This document shows positions 27,742 through 36,354 of a DNA stretch of 64,000 bases, piece after piece. The notes below the pieces were generated by a model. The model was given only the letters and a program-made list of their open reading frames with translations. It ran no database searches and was not told where the DNA came from. The first letter of the stretch is position 1, and the number at the start of each line of letters is the position of its first letter. The DNA lies in the NCBI GenBank assembly GCA_013314775.1, contig JABUFB010000002.1:122576-186575 (forward strand), read 5' to 3'. The position numbers were made by a program, and so were the translations under genes. This stretch comes from Armatimonadota bacterium. GTDB lineage: Bacteria > Armatimonadota > Zipacnadia > Zipacnadales > JABUFB01.

Positions 27742-27846
27742 TTACGCCTTCTTCTTGCTACCGCAACCGCAACCGCACCCGGACTTCTTGGTCTCCTCTT
27801 TCTTCTCTTCCTTCTTCTTGGTACAGCAGCCCTTACTCTCAGACAT
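27742..27846 (-). CDS. unannotated micro-ORF encoding a 34-aa Cys/Lys-rich peptide (metallothionein-like or peptide-precursor-like)
   Basis: Reverse complement reads ATG TCT GAG AGT AAG GGC TGC TGT ACC AAG AAG AAG GAA GAG AAG AAA GAG GAG ACC AAG AAG TCC GGG TGC GGT TGC GGT TGC GGT AGC AAG AAG AAG GCG TAA. This gives MSESKGCCTKKKEEKKEETKKSGCGCGCGSKKKA. AGGAGGTG lies 9 nt upstream of the ATG. Below the 60-aa ORF-track cutoff. Confidence 0.45.
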   Translation of the reverse strand: MSESKGCCTKKKEEKKEETKKSGCGCGCGSKKKA

Positions 27847-27903
27847 GCTTGGCACCACCTCCTGGATTGATTGCGGTTATGGGGTTACACCCCACGACAA
27901 TAG

Positions 27904-27932
27904 AAGGTTAGCACGGGACTCATGCCCTGTCA
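27904..27932 (-). promoter_or_regulatory. sigma70-like promoter for the micro-ORF
   Basis: On the minus strand: TTGACA (27932..27927), a 17-nt spacer, then TAACCT (27909..27904). The predicted TSS leaves a ~50-nt leader to the ATG at 27846. Confidence 0.45.
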
Positions 27933-27969
27933 AGCCTGTAACCTTCCTATATACGAACCAACGCAATCG

Positions 27970-30663
27970 TTAGTTTGACGGTTCCCCAATCAGCGTGATG
28001 TCACACGGGAACCTGCCCGCGCGCGAGCTGTACAGTGTGAGCCCATTCCGGTTGCAGGCCTCTTTCGGAACCTCCAGTCGCACGTGTACCACGCGGTCTT
28101 CCCCCACCAGCCCGGCGTCAAACTCCACCCTTACGAGCTCGCCGTACCGCCCGTGGAAGCCGTGCAAGTGGGACAGGGCGCCCCGTGAATCTGCGTACTG
28201 GTCGCCCAGCGTCTTCTCAGCAACCACCGTCCCATTGACCGTGACGCGCAGGTCGCTGGGCCTGCGGTCCGAACTGGTCTGCGGGGCGCCGGCACGCTTG
28301 CTGGACGCTTCGAACAACAGGAGTAAGGTGCGCGCCTTGAAGCCGTCGGGCAGCTCGAAGCGGTAGTCGATGTACCCGGCACCCACACCCGCGATCAGGT
28401 GCTGCTCCTCGCCCACTTTGCCGCGCTCGATTTCGGCCTCGTGCCAGGCGGTGGAAGTCTCGAACTCCCCCGCCAGCTTTCTCAGGATGATTCGTCCCGC
28501 TCCGTCGGTTTCCATCACCGGAAGTCGCTGCTCGCGAACTTCCAACACGGTGCAGTTCCATGCGGGCCGCCCCGGAATGCGGGCTTCGAGGGTTACCAGG
28601 CCGGGGGCATCGAAGCTACGCAGCGATCCGGGTACTGCTGCGTCGAAGACGCCGCGATGGGTGATGCCATCCACCTGCACAGTCGCCTCGCCGACCGGGG
28701 TCTCCCGGCCGAAGCTGTCCACGTGGGTGGCGACCAACTCCACATCGACCTGCGGCGATTCCGGGGCGTCCATGCAACTGACGAACAGGCTCATATCCAC
28801 GGCCTGCCCGGGCGCAATTGTCCTGGCCGGCGGGCCGTGGAAGCCCACGAACCAGGCTCCCTGGAGAAGCGCGGGATCGTAGCCGAACTCTTTGGGGGAA
28901 CGGTCGTAGTTGTAGAAGCCATTGCGCTCCCACTCGATGTCCTGCAGTTCGGTGTAGACATAGCCGCAGATCTTTTCATGGCGGCGCAGGTCTGTGGTGA
29001 GGAAGCGGAAGCACCACGACACGTCCATATCGCCCATGCCCGCGGAGATGCCTCCATACTCACTGTTCATCAACGGCTCGTTGCCCTGGACACGTCCCGG
29101 CACGTAGTTGAAGCCGCTGCCGGGGTAGGTCTCGGCCACCACCTGCTCGACATGCTCCCGCGCTTTCTCGTAGTCATTGATGTAGTAATGCCACGAGTTC
29201 AGGTCCGTGACCACGTGATCGTAGTGGCAGGGCGACTGGTCTTCGATGATCCGCGTGGGGTCAAGCTCCTTGGCCAGCCGGTACAGGTCCGCCACATACT
29301 CCTGGCGGTCTGTGGCCTGCTTGTATGCCTGGAAGTCGCGGTCATCGCCCAGGCCCCAGGTTTCGTTGAACAGGCACCAGGAGAAGATGGAGGGGTGGTT
29401 GAAGTCGCGCTCCACCGCGCCGCGCAGCATGACCTCGTGGCGCTCGCGGGCGATATCGGAGTACCCGCTGTAGCCCCAACTCGGCAAGTCGCACTGCAGA
29501 AGCATTCCCAGACGGTCACACCAGTACAGGAACCGCGGATCCTCCAGCTTGATATGGATGCGCAGGAAGTTGTAGCCCGATTCCTTTGCCAGTTCCACGT
29601 CCCTGCGGGCTGCTTCGGTGTCTGCCCAGGAGTACACGCCCCAGGGGTTGAAAGACTGGTCCAGCGCGCCGCGCAGGTAGACCGGCTCGCCGTTGAGCAG
29701 CACGTAGTTCGGGCCCCCTTCATACAGCGGCCCGACGCTGATGGTGCGCATGCCGAAGTAGCTGTAGACCTCGTCCAGGACCTTCCCGTTGCGAATAAGG
29801 CTCGCAGTGACCTGGTACAGGTCCGGCGTCTCCGGGGTCCACAAGATTACCTCATCGAAAGCGAGTTCCCCAGCGAACCAGCCATCATTCAGCTCGAGCT
29901 CGCACACATTTTCGGCGCCGTCGGGGGCAAGCGCCTCAACGCGGAGGATATCTCCAGTCTGGGCGTTCCGGGCCTGCGCGCAAATAAACGCGGTCCCGCG
30001 CTCCACGTCTGGATTGATCTTGATACTCGCGACATGGGTCTCCGGGCGAGGCTCGAGCCACACCGGCTGCCAAATGCCGGAAGTCCGGGTGTACCAGTCC
30101 CACTGCTTGCCGACTGGCTTCTGCGCGTGGTCCATAGGGTCGAACACGCGGATGACCAGCTCGTTCTCGCCGGGCTGGAGCGCGTCAGTCAGATCGAAGG
30201 CGACGGGGATGTACCCGCTGTCAGAGTCTCCTACTTGCTTCCCGTTGCACCAGACCGTCACATGCCAGTCGGCGGCGCCGATATTGAGAATGATCCGTCT
30301 GCCGGCCCAGGCTTCCGGGATGGTGAACGCGCGCCGGTACCAACCGACTTCGTACTGGGGCAAGTTTCCGTGCTCCCGGGGCTTCATGTTGGCCTGCGCG
30401 GGATCGATGAAAGCCTCGAGGCTGTACCAGTTGTCGTTACCCGCGAGGTGTTCCGTGCCCCAGGCGAGATGGCTCTGCCAGGGGAAGGGCACCCGGATGG
30501 TGCGGGTGTACGGGGTGGCGGTTGGAGACTGTGGCGGGTCCTGGGTGCCGATGGCTTCGAACTGGAAGTCCCAGACACCGTCAAGGGAGACCCAGTCAGC
30601 GCCTTCGTCAACGCCGCGGTTCATATCGGGACGCGGGTGATGGCTGGTCTTGTAATCCGACAT
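27970..30663 (-). CDS. glycoside hydrolase family 2 (beta-galactosidase/beta-mannosidase/beta-glucuronidase-like), cytoplasmic
   Basis: 897 aa, no signal peptide. Has a GH2 sugar-binding and Ig-like N-terminal half. SIFSWCLFNETWG is the GH2 acid/base NE motif context. NSEYGG is a nucleophile-region-like motif. Confidence 0.85.
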   Translation of the reverse strand: MSDYKTSHHPRPDMNRGVDEGADWVSLDGVWDFQFEAIGTQDPPQSPTATPYTRTIRVPFPWQSHLAWGTEHLAGNDNWYSLEAFIDPAQANMKPREHGNLPQYEVGWYRRAFTIPEAWAGRRIILNIGAADWHVTVWCNGKQVGDSDSGYIPVAFDLTDALQPGENELVIRVFDPMDHAQKPVGKQWDWYTRTSGIWQPVWLEPRPETHVASIKINPDVERGTAFICAQARNAQTGDILRVEALAPDGAENVCELELNDGWFAGELAFDEVILWTPETPDLYQVTASLIRNGKVLDEVYSYFGMRTISVGPLYEGGPNYVLLNGEPVYLRGALDQSFNPWGVYSWADTEAARRDVELAKESGYNFLRIHIKLEDPRFLYWCDRLGMLLQCDLPSWGYSGYSDIARERHEVMLRGAVERDFNHPSIFSWCLFNETWGLGDDRDFQAYKQATDRQEYVADLYRLAKELDPTRIIEDQSPCHYDHVVTDLNSWHYYINDYEKAREHVEQVVAETYPGSGFNYVPGRVQGNEPLMNSEYGGISAGMGDMDVSWCFRFLTTDLRRHEKICGYVYTELQDIEWERNGFYNYDRSPKEFGYDPALLQGAWFVGFHGPPARTIAPGQAVDMSLFVSCMDAPESPQVDVELVATHVDSFGRETPVGEATVQVDGITHRGVFDAAVPGSLRSFDAPGLVTLEARIPGRPAWNCTVLEVREQRLPVMETDGAGRIILRKLAGEFETSTAWHEAEIERGKVGEEQHLIAGVGAGYIDYRFELPDGFKARTLLLLFEASSKRAGAPQTSSDRRPSDLRVTVNGTVVAEKTLGDQYADSRGALSHLHGFHGRYGELVRVEFDAGLVGEDRVVHVRLEVPKEACNRNGLTLYSSRAGRFPCDITLIGEPSN

Positions 30664-30978
30664 CGTCGTAACCTCCGGAGTCCATCAGAAAGGAATGGCC
30701 GTCTATTCGATAGCCCGGCTCCGCTGCCCTCCCATGTTGTGACGCGGTGCGCCAGGTGGCCCCAGGTCATCCGGTCGCCGACCTCAGGGTGGACGGGTAT
30801 ATGCGCCGGGCACCGCGTCCAGCAGGCCGTGAAGCTGGTAGCAGGCCAGGGTGACGGGTGGATTGTGCGAACCGAGATGGAGGCCGCGGAGTCGGCGACA
30901 GTGTCCGGAGAAAAGCAGGCAGACACGAAGAGGGATAATCTTGCGATGTCGGCTCAAATGCCTACCCCGCCCAGACAG

Positions 30979-31007
30979 AAGGGGCGCCGGGTTTTCCGAC
31001 GCCCCTT
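30979..31007 (-). terminator. terminator-like hairpin after the flotillin gene
   Basis: AAGGGGCG-(13-nt loop)-CGCCCCTT, ~35 nt downstream of the stop at 31040. The U-tract is weak. Confidence 0.4.
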
Positions 31008-31039
31008 TCGTGAAACTCCCCTGTCTCTTCCGTGGCAGG

Positions 31040-32962
31040 CTACTTCTCGACGTCCTGAGGCTCTTCGTCCGACGCATCTTCCTTCTCGGACTTGCCGGCG
31101 GCCTGGATCAGGTCCAGCGCCTGCTGCAGCCCGGGGAAGAGGCTCTGCAGGGCGGCGGCACCAGCCTGCACGGTCCCTTCGGGCAAGGTCTCCTTCATGC
31201 CGTCGACGAAGGCGCCGATGCCCGCGGCACGGCTGAAGGAGGACATGGCGTTCCCGAGCATGTCCGGGTCGCCGTACAGGTTGATCTTGGCGCGGCTGAA
31301 GGCGTCGCCGAAGCTGCTGGCGAAGGCCACACCGACTTCCTTGTTGGCGTTGATCTGCGCCAGCGCCTTCTCCAGTTCCACGGAGATCTGCTCATACTCG
31401 GCTTTGGCGCTCAGCTCTTTGCGCAGGACCTCGACGCGGGCGGCCTCCACGTCCTGCACCTGTCGGGCCTCGACGGCAACCTGCTCGCGCTTCACATTGA
31501 CCGGGACCATCTCGCGGGCCTGTTCACCTTCCGCTTCGAGGGTCGCAGCGTCTCTCTGGGCCTCGGCTTTGAGGCGGATGGCCTCAGCGATCTTGACGGC
31601 CGCAAGCTGCTCACCTTCGGCAACCTTGGCGGCCTTGTACGCTTCGATGTCCGCCTCCATCTGCTGCTTGATCTGCTCCTGTGCAGCCATCTGCTCGGCG
31701 AGGATCACCTGGACACGCTTCTCGCGGTCGGCCCCGGCGACTTCTTCAACGGTGACCACTTCCTGGGCAGCCCTCTCGCGTTCGGCCTCAGCGGCCAGAC
31801 GCAACTGCTCCGCTGCAGCCCGGCGCTGTTCAGCTTCGGCAATGGCGATCTGCTGCTCGCGGCGAGCAACTTCAACCTCGCGCTCGCGCTCAACATCCGC
31901 CGTCTGCACCGCCTGGTTGCGCAGGACGTCGGCGGTCTGCCGCTCCTGCTCCCGGGCGATCAAGGCCTTCTGTGCCTCAATCTTGGCCACGTCAACCTGC
32001 AGGTCGCGGGCGACGCCGGCCTCTTGAACCTGGCGATCCTTATCGATCTCCGAGGTCTCAACCAGGCGTCGCTGCTCGATCTCATATGTCTCGGCCTGCC
32101 GGCGCCGCTCGGCCTGGATGATACTGACTTCGGCGGCCTGGATCGCCTCGGCCTCCGCCTGTTCCTTTTCCAGCATCAGGATCTGCTTGCGAGTCGCCAC
32201 GTTCTTATCGACGATCTCACGCTCGGCGTCGCGCTCGTACATGTTGCGTTCGACCCGGGCCTTCTGGGTGATCTCCGCGATCTTCCGCAGGCCCTGGGCG
32301 TCGAAAACGTTGCCTTCGTTGAGACGCTGGGCGCTGGTCTGGTCGAGACGGGAGATGGTGACCGACTCAAGGGTCAGGCCGTTGGACTTGAGGTCCTCGC
32401 GCACCAGTTGGGATACGGCGTTGGCGAAGTCGTCCCGTTCCGTGTGGAGCTGGGCGAGGTCTCGCGTTGCGGCTACAGACCGCAGGGCGGAGACGAGCTT
32501 TTCGAAGACGAGTTCCCGCACTGCGCTTGCGTCAACAGAGCGGTCACCCAGGGACCGGGAGGCGTTCAGGATGTCATCGCCCACCGCCTGCACTTTGATG
32601 TAGAACTCCCCGCGGATATCGCAGCGCAGGTTATCCTTCGTGATCAGCGCGTCCTCGGCGATACGCTCGACCTCGAGTTTCATGGTCTCCAGGGACACGG
32701 GGACAATCTTATGGACCACCGGCACCACGATGCAGCCACCGTCCAGTACGACTCGGCGTCCCCCCATGCCGGTTCTGACGAATGCCTCGTTCGCGCTGGT
32801 GCGCTGGTAGAGCTTGGCGATGATGATAACAATCGCCGACGCGATCAGGACCAATGCGCCCAGCACTACGAAAATGAGACGACTGATCGGGTCAGGGGCG
32901 AACCCCGGCGCGACAAAAATGAGCCCCAGACCCAGCACCACCATGCCAATTGCCATCAACAC
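31040..32962 (-). CDS. floT: flotillin-like SPFH/band-7 protein (FloT/YuaG/YqiK type)
   Basis: N-terminal membrane hairpin (MLMAIGMVVLGLGLIFVA...LVLIASAIVIIIAKL). SPFH domain (...RVVLDGGCIVVPVVHKIVPVSLETMKLEVERIAEDALITKDNLRCDIRGEFYIKV...). A long EA-rich coiled coil (AEREIVD...QAEAEAIQAAE...) and a flotillin C-terminal tail. Confidence 0.9.
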   Translation of the reverse strand: MLMAIGMVVLGLGLIFVAPGFAPDPISRLIFVVLGALVLIASAIVIIIAKLYQRTSANEAFVRTGMGGRRVVLDGGCIVVPVVHKIVPVSLETMKLEVERIAEDALITKDNLRCDIRGEFYIKVQAVGDDILNASRSLGDRSVDASAVRELVFEKLVSALRSVAATRDLAQLHTERDDFANAVSQLVREDLKSNGLTLESVTISRLDQTSAQRLNEGNVFDAQGLRKIAEITQKARVERNMYERDAEREIVDKNVATRKQILMLEKEQAEAEAIQAAEVSIIQAERRRQAETYEIEQRRLVETSEIDKDRQVQEAGVARDLQVDVAKIEAQKALIAREQERQTADVLRNQAVQTADVEREREVEVARREQQIAIAEAEQRRAAAEQLRLAAEAERERAAQEVVTVEEVAGADREKRVQVILAEQMAAQEQIKQQMEADIEAYKAAKVAEGEQLAAVKIAEAIRLKAEAQRDAATLEAEGEQAREMVPVNVKREQVAVEARQVQDVEAARVEVLRKELSAKAEYEQISVELEKALAQINANKEVGVAFASSFGDAFSRAKINLYGDPDMLGNAMSSFSRAAGIGAFVDGMKETLPEGTVQAGAAALQSLFPGLQQALDLIQAAGKSEKEDASDEEPQDVEK

Positions 32963-33039
32963 AAGAGCTCCCTCCTGTCATTTCGCTTCATCACTGGTCG
33001 TGCCCGTCAGTGCAGCTTGACTCGCGACCGATCCGCGAC

Positions 33040-33071
33040 ATCAGGGGGGTGGCAGATTGGCAGCCCCCCTG
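33040..33071 (-). promoter_or_regulatory. intercistronic stem-loop between nfeD and the flotillin gene
   Basis: TCAGGGGGG-(14-nt loop)-CCCCCCTGA is a perfect 9-bp stem, ~95 nt after the nfeD stop and ~80 nt before the flotillin start. Confidence 0.4.
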
Positions 33072-33164
33072 AACCGGGCCATCCCTCCTGCCATCTCGGG
33101 CCCGGGGACACTCAGCGGGTGCACGTCAGATGTGCCGATACCGGCCACCGGCTGCATGCCCGGC

Positions 33165-33962
33165 CTAGAGCGGCGATTGGCTGACATCGAAGTAATCCCC
33201 CTCCCGGTGGTACCGCACCACGATGATATCGGCGCCCTTGGGCAAGTCCCCGTCCACGGGCTGCACCCTGACGCGATGCCAGGTGCCGCCCTCATCTTTC
33301 ACATCAGCCATGCCTCTTTGGCCCGCGGGCACGGCGTAAAGGACTTCGCCGATCCGGCCCACGAGGTCATCTTCGCGGATCGCGTAGGTCTCGCTGGTGG
33401 GCATGATCTTGTTGAGCAACTGAGCGATGCTGCTCGTAAGGGTCAACGACAGCAATATGGCGACAGCCAGGGACGGCCAGACATAGACGTTGGGCGCCCA
33501 GTCCCACGGGAACACGGTGCCGAACAGGCCGTTGCAAGCTAGCCCCGTGGCCCCGAAGAGCACCATCAATGTGGTGACCAGGATCGAGACCGGCACCTTG
33601 CCAAGTCCCAGGACGGAAAGGGCGCGGAGAGCGAAAGAGTCCCCGGCGTGCGCCGACACATGGTGATCATGCACCTCGTGCTCCACCCCGCCATGGTGAA
33701 CATCGAGGTGGCCGGAGTCAGCGTCCACGTCGTGGGCCACATCGAAATCATGGTCCATGTCAGCATCGACGTCGTGGTCCATGTCCACGTCGACATCATG
33801 GTCTACGGTCAGGTCGACGTCGTGGTCCACGTCGACGTCGTGGTCAACGCCGCTGTCCACGTCATGGTCGCCGCCCAACCCAGTGGCGCTGAGGATGAGG
33901 TAAACCCCCGCAAGGCCGATGGGTGCGACGAAAATCAGATTGTACCAGGCGAGCAATTCCAT
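33165..33962 (-). CDS. nfeD: NfeD-family membrane protein (YuaF/YqiJ-like partner of flotillin) with an inserted His/Asp-rich (DHDVD)n repeat
   Basis: Two to three TM helices, then GGDHDVDSGVDHDVDVDHDVDLTVDHDVDVDMDHDVDADMDHDFDVAHDVDADSGHLDVHHGGVEHEVHDHH. After further TM helices, a C-terminal OB-fold-like domain follows (...GRIGEVLYAVPAGQRGMADVKDEGGTWHRVRVQPVDGDLPKGADIIVVRY). It sits immediately upstream of the flotillin gene, as in yuaF-yuaG/yqiJ-yqiK operons. Confidence 0.75.
   Translation of the reverse strand: MELLAWYNLIFVAPIGLAGVYLILSATGLGGDHDVDSGVDHDVDVDHDVDLTVDHDVDVDMDHDVDADMDHDFDVAHDVDADSGHLDVHHGGVEHEVHDHHVSAHAGDSFALRALSVLGLGKVPVSILVTTLMVLFGATGLACNGLFGTVFPWDWAPNVYVWPSLAVAILLSLTLTSSIAQLLNKIMPTSETYAIREDDLVGRIGEVLYAVPAGQRGMADVKDEGGTWHRVRVQPVDGDLPKGADIIVVRYHREGDYFDVSQSPL
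33650..33875 (-). repeat. intragenic imperfect tandem repeat (~15-18 bp units, GTCGACGTCGTGGTCCAC-like) encoding the DHDVD run of NfeD
   Basis: Directly visible as repeated gtcgacgtcgtggtcca / gtccacgtcgacatcatggtc units on the + strand. It codes on the minus strand and is not a CRISPR (no spacers, inside a CDS). Confidence 0.7.
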
Positions 33963-34029
33963 GCTGCGTACCCCCTTCTCGGACGATGCCCGTCCGGTTC
34001 CGAACGTGCGGTTACTCCGCGTTGGCGAG

Positions 34030-34593
34030 CTACAACTGGCCGTTCAGCTCGGCGGACAAGGGCCTGTCCAACAACCTGCGAACGCGCTCCTCGAACCCCG
34101 CGCCGTGGTGGCGGGCATCGGGCGCTTCTCCGCGATCAAGCGCGTCCAGCACGTCCAAGCGCGCGGCTTGCTCCAATGCCTGCGTCTCGAGCTTCTCCAG
34201 AGCCGCCCGGTCTCGCGCGGCCTCGGCTCGCTGGATAAACTCTCGCAGCTTCTCCCGCTCACGGTTCTCGCGTTCGAGCCTGCCGGCTTCGTCTGCCCTC
34301 CGCAGGACCCGCTCCAGTTGGTCGCGGCGCTCGCGGTAGTTGCTGATGTCACGGCGCGCTCTTTCGTCGGCGTCTTCGGCGATACCCAGCAGTTGGTACG
34401 CCGGAGCGTCCCCTTCGGCGATGGCGTCCTGCAGCTCGAGCCTGGCCCTGTGCGCCCGGGCCACGGAGAGTGCCGCTGCCGTCCTGGCCACCTCCAGTTC
34501 CGCTTCAGCCTGGGCAATGGCGCGCTGCTGGTCGTTGGTGTCGGCACAAAAAAAGTCAGCTACAATTCGCTGCAGCCAACTCAGAATGGACAT
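34030..34593 (-). CDS. coiled-coil protein, possibly PspA/IM30 (phage-shock protein A) family
   Basis: N-terminal MSILSWLQRIVADFF resembles the PspA start MGIFSRFADIV. The rest is A/R/E-rich coiled coil. It lies upstream of nfeD on the same strand. The family call rests mainly on the N-terminal helix and gene context. Confidence 0.4.
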   Translation of the reverse strand: MSILSWLQRIVADFFCADTNDQQRAIAQAEAELEVARTAAALSVARAHRARLELQDAIAEGDAPAYQLLGIAEDADERARRDISNYRERRDQLERVLRRADEAGRLERENREREKLREFIQRAEAARDRAALEKLETQALEQAARLDVLDALDRGEAPDARHHGAGFEERVRRLLDRPLSAELNGQL

Positions 34594-34742
34594 GGTATCT
34601 TCTCGCTATGGACCTCGCTTTGTGATAATATACCCGGGCCTGATGGGGCCAAACGGAAACCGGATTCCGCCCGGCAGCCGACGCAGTCAGGGTTACCTTC
34701 GCGACAGGCGGGGCAATTCCTGCCGCGCATTGCAGCCGCCCC

Positions 34743-36353
34743 ATGTGGCTCCCGAGCCCTTCGCGATCCACCATTCCGTCCCGCGCAGGAAGTTCATGGC
34801 CTGCGTGCCGCGACCTCCCGGAACCACCACGAGTGAACGCGACAACCGCGCAGACGTCGAACCCGGGCTCGCAGCTCACCGCCCTGCTGACGATGGGCAC
34901 CATCGCCGGCGCCATAGCAGTGAGTCTGGCCACGATGATCGCGACCAACCAGCCGCTGCTCGCGCTGGCTGCCGGCGTCGCGACCCTGGGCACTGTCGCT
35001 GCCATTTCTTCCACAGAAGCCTCGATCTACGCCGTCATCACCATCGGCTGCGTGGACGGCCTCATCAAAGGCATCTACCCGGGGATGTTCACGGTCCTGC
35101 TCAAGGACATCTACCTGATGCTTGCTGTGCTCCACTGGATCTGGGACGGGATGAACGGACTGGGGCGGACCTCGCTGCAGACCCGCGTAGCCGTGCCCGC
35201 GATCATGTTCATCCTGTACTGCATGGCGCAGATGTTCAATTCCGAGAACATGAGCGGTCTGCTGGCTCTCGCCGGGCTGCGCTCCTGGATCATCTGGATA
35301 CCCATCTTCTTCATCGCCTACGACAGCATCGTCACGCGCAGGCAATTCGAACGGCTGCTGATGTTCATCGCCTTCATCAGCGGGGCCACGGGGATCTATA
35401 TTATCGTCCAGGGGCAGATCGGCTACGAACACCTGCTGGCGATCAACAGCAGTTTCGATTTCTACGCCCGTTTCCAGAACAACGACCTGTTCCGGGCGCC
35501 CGGCTCTTACGTCCACCCCGGTGTCGCGGGCGCGACCATGAGCTACGCGGCGGTGGTATGCATGGCCTGCGCCCTTGCTGCCCGTCCTTTCTCCTTAGTC
35601 CAGATACTCCTGCTCATTTCCGGTCCGATCTGCGTCGTTGCGATGGCGGCCACCGGTGGGAGAGCGCCCCTGGTTGGGGCGGTCTTCGGCGTGGTGGCCT
35701 TCGTCATCATGGCCCGACGCCCACAGCTTCTCGTGGGCCTGTTCGTCCTGGCCATCATTGGCCTTTGGCAGGCGGACGTCCACGTCGGGCGCATGATGTC
35801 CGCCCGCTACAGCCAGAGTCGACTGAATATCCCGGCTATCGTGGACCGGGCTATCGAGCCCCTGGGCAAGGGTTTGGAAATGCTCGCGAAGTACCCTTTG
35901 GGAACCGGCGTCGCCAGTGGAGCCGGAGCCGGGCGGGCTTATGGGATGATCGAGGAAGAGATGGCCGTCAAGGGCGAGACTGCCGTAATGATCGAGAACG
36001 AGTTCGGGCGCGCCATGAAGGAGCTTGGCCTGCCCGGTCTCGCGCTGTTCGTCTGGCTTCTTTGGAGGGCGATGACATCCGCCGCCACCGGGCTATCCGG
36101 CGGCAATCGCAGGGACAGCGTGCTCGCCGCGGGCCTTGTGGCAGGAGCCATCAACCTGAGTATTCAATTGATGGTGGGCTCCGCATTGTATCTGGCCCCC
36201 GCGGGGACCTACTTCTGGCTCAGTTGTGCGCTGGCGTCGAGGATACCGAGCTATTCCGAGCAGGAGCGCATCGAACTTGAGGAGCGCAGTGAGGAACAGA
36301 TCAGAGCCTGGGATGAGCTGATGGCTTCCATGGAGAAGCCCCCCGCCGCCTGA
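34743..36353 (+). CDS. O-antigen ligase / Wzy_C-family polytopic membrane protein (start uncertain)
   Basis: At least 10 TM helices. GGRAPLVGAVFGVVAFVIMARR (the Wzy_C-like RxxxL start) and IENEFGRAMKELGLPGLALFVWLL (cf. WaaL/Wzy_C H[ND]xxLxxxxExGxxG, here with Glu in place of His). The stop is 1 nt before the next start. Confidence 0.6.
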   Translation: MWLPSPSRSTIPSRAGSSWPACRDLPEPPRVNATTAQTSNPGSQLTALLTMGTIAGAIAVSLATMIATNQPLLALAAGVATLGTVAAISSTEASIYAVITIGCVDGLIKGIYPGMFTVLLKDIYLMLAVLHWIWDGMNGLGRTSLQTRVAVPAIMFILYCMAQMFNSENMSGLLALAGLRSWIIWIPIFFIAYDSIVTRRQFERLLMFIAFISGATGIYIIVQGQIGYEHLLAINSSFDFYARFQNNDLFRAPGSYVHPGVAGATMSYAAVVCMACALAARPFSLVQILLLISGPICVVAMAATGGRAPLVGAVFGVVAFVIMARRPQLLVGLFVLAIIGLWQADVHVGRMMSARYSQSRLNIPAIVDRAIEPLGKGLEMLAKYPLGTGVASGAGAGRAYGMIEEEMAVKGETAVMIENEFGRAMKELGLPGLALFVWLLWRAMTSAATGLSGGNRRDSVLAAGLVAGAINLSIQLMVGSALYLAPAGTYFWLSCALASRIPSYSEQERIELEERSEEQIRAWDELMASMEKPPAA

Positions 36354-36354
36354 C

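Noticed and set aside
28399-33184. Very long plus-strand ORFs (945 aa at 28399..31236 and 777 aa at 30851..33184)
   Set aside because: Antisense to the GH2 and flotillin genes, both of which have unmistakable family signatures. The plus-strand translations are Arg/Gly/Leu-rich with no motifs.
33650-33875. Tandem repeat as a possible CRISPR or minisatellite
   Set aside because: Short (15-18 bp) imperfect units with no spacers, lying entirely inside the nfeD reading frame where they encode DHDVD. Not a CRISPR array.
34340-36280. 646-aa plus-strand ORF spanning the PspA-like gene and the O-antigen-ligase-like gene in another frame
   Set aside because: Ser/Ala/Arg-rich junk. The alternative frame gives a bona fide polytopic membrane protein with Wzy_C-like motifs.
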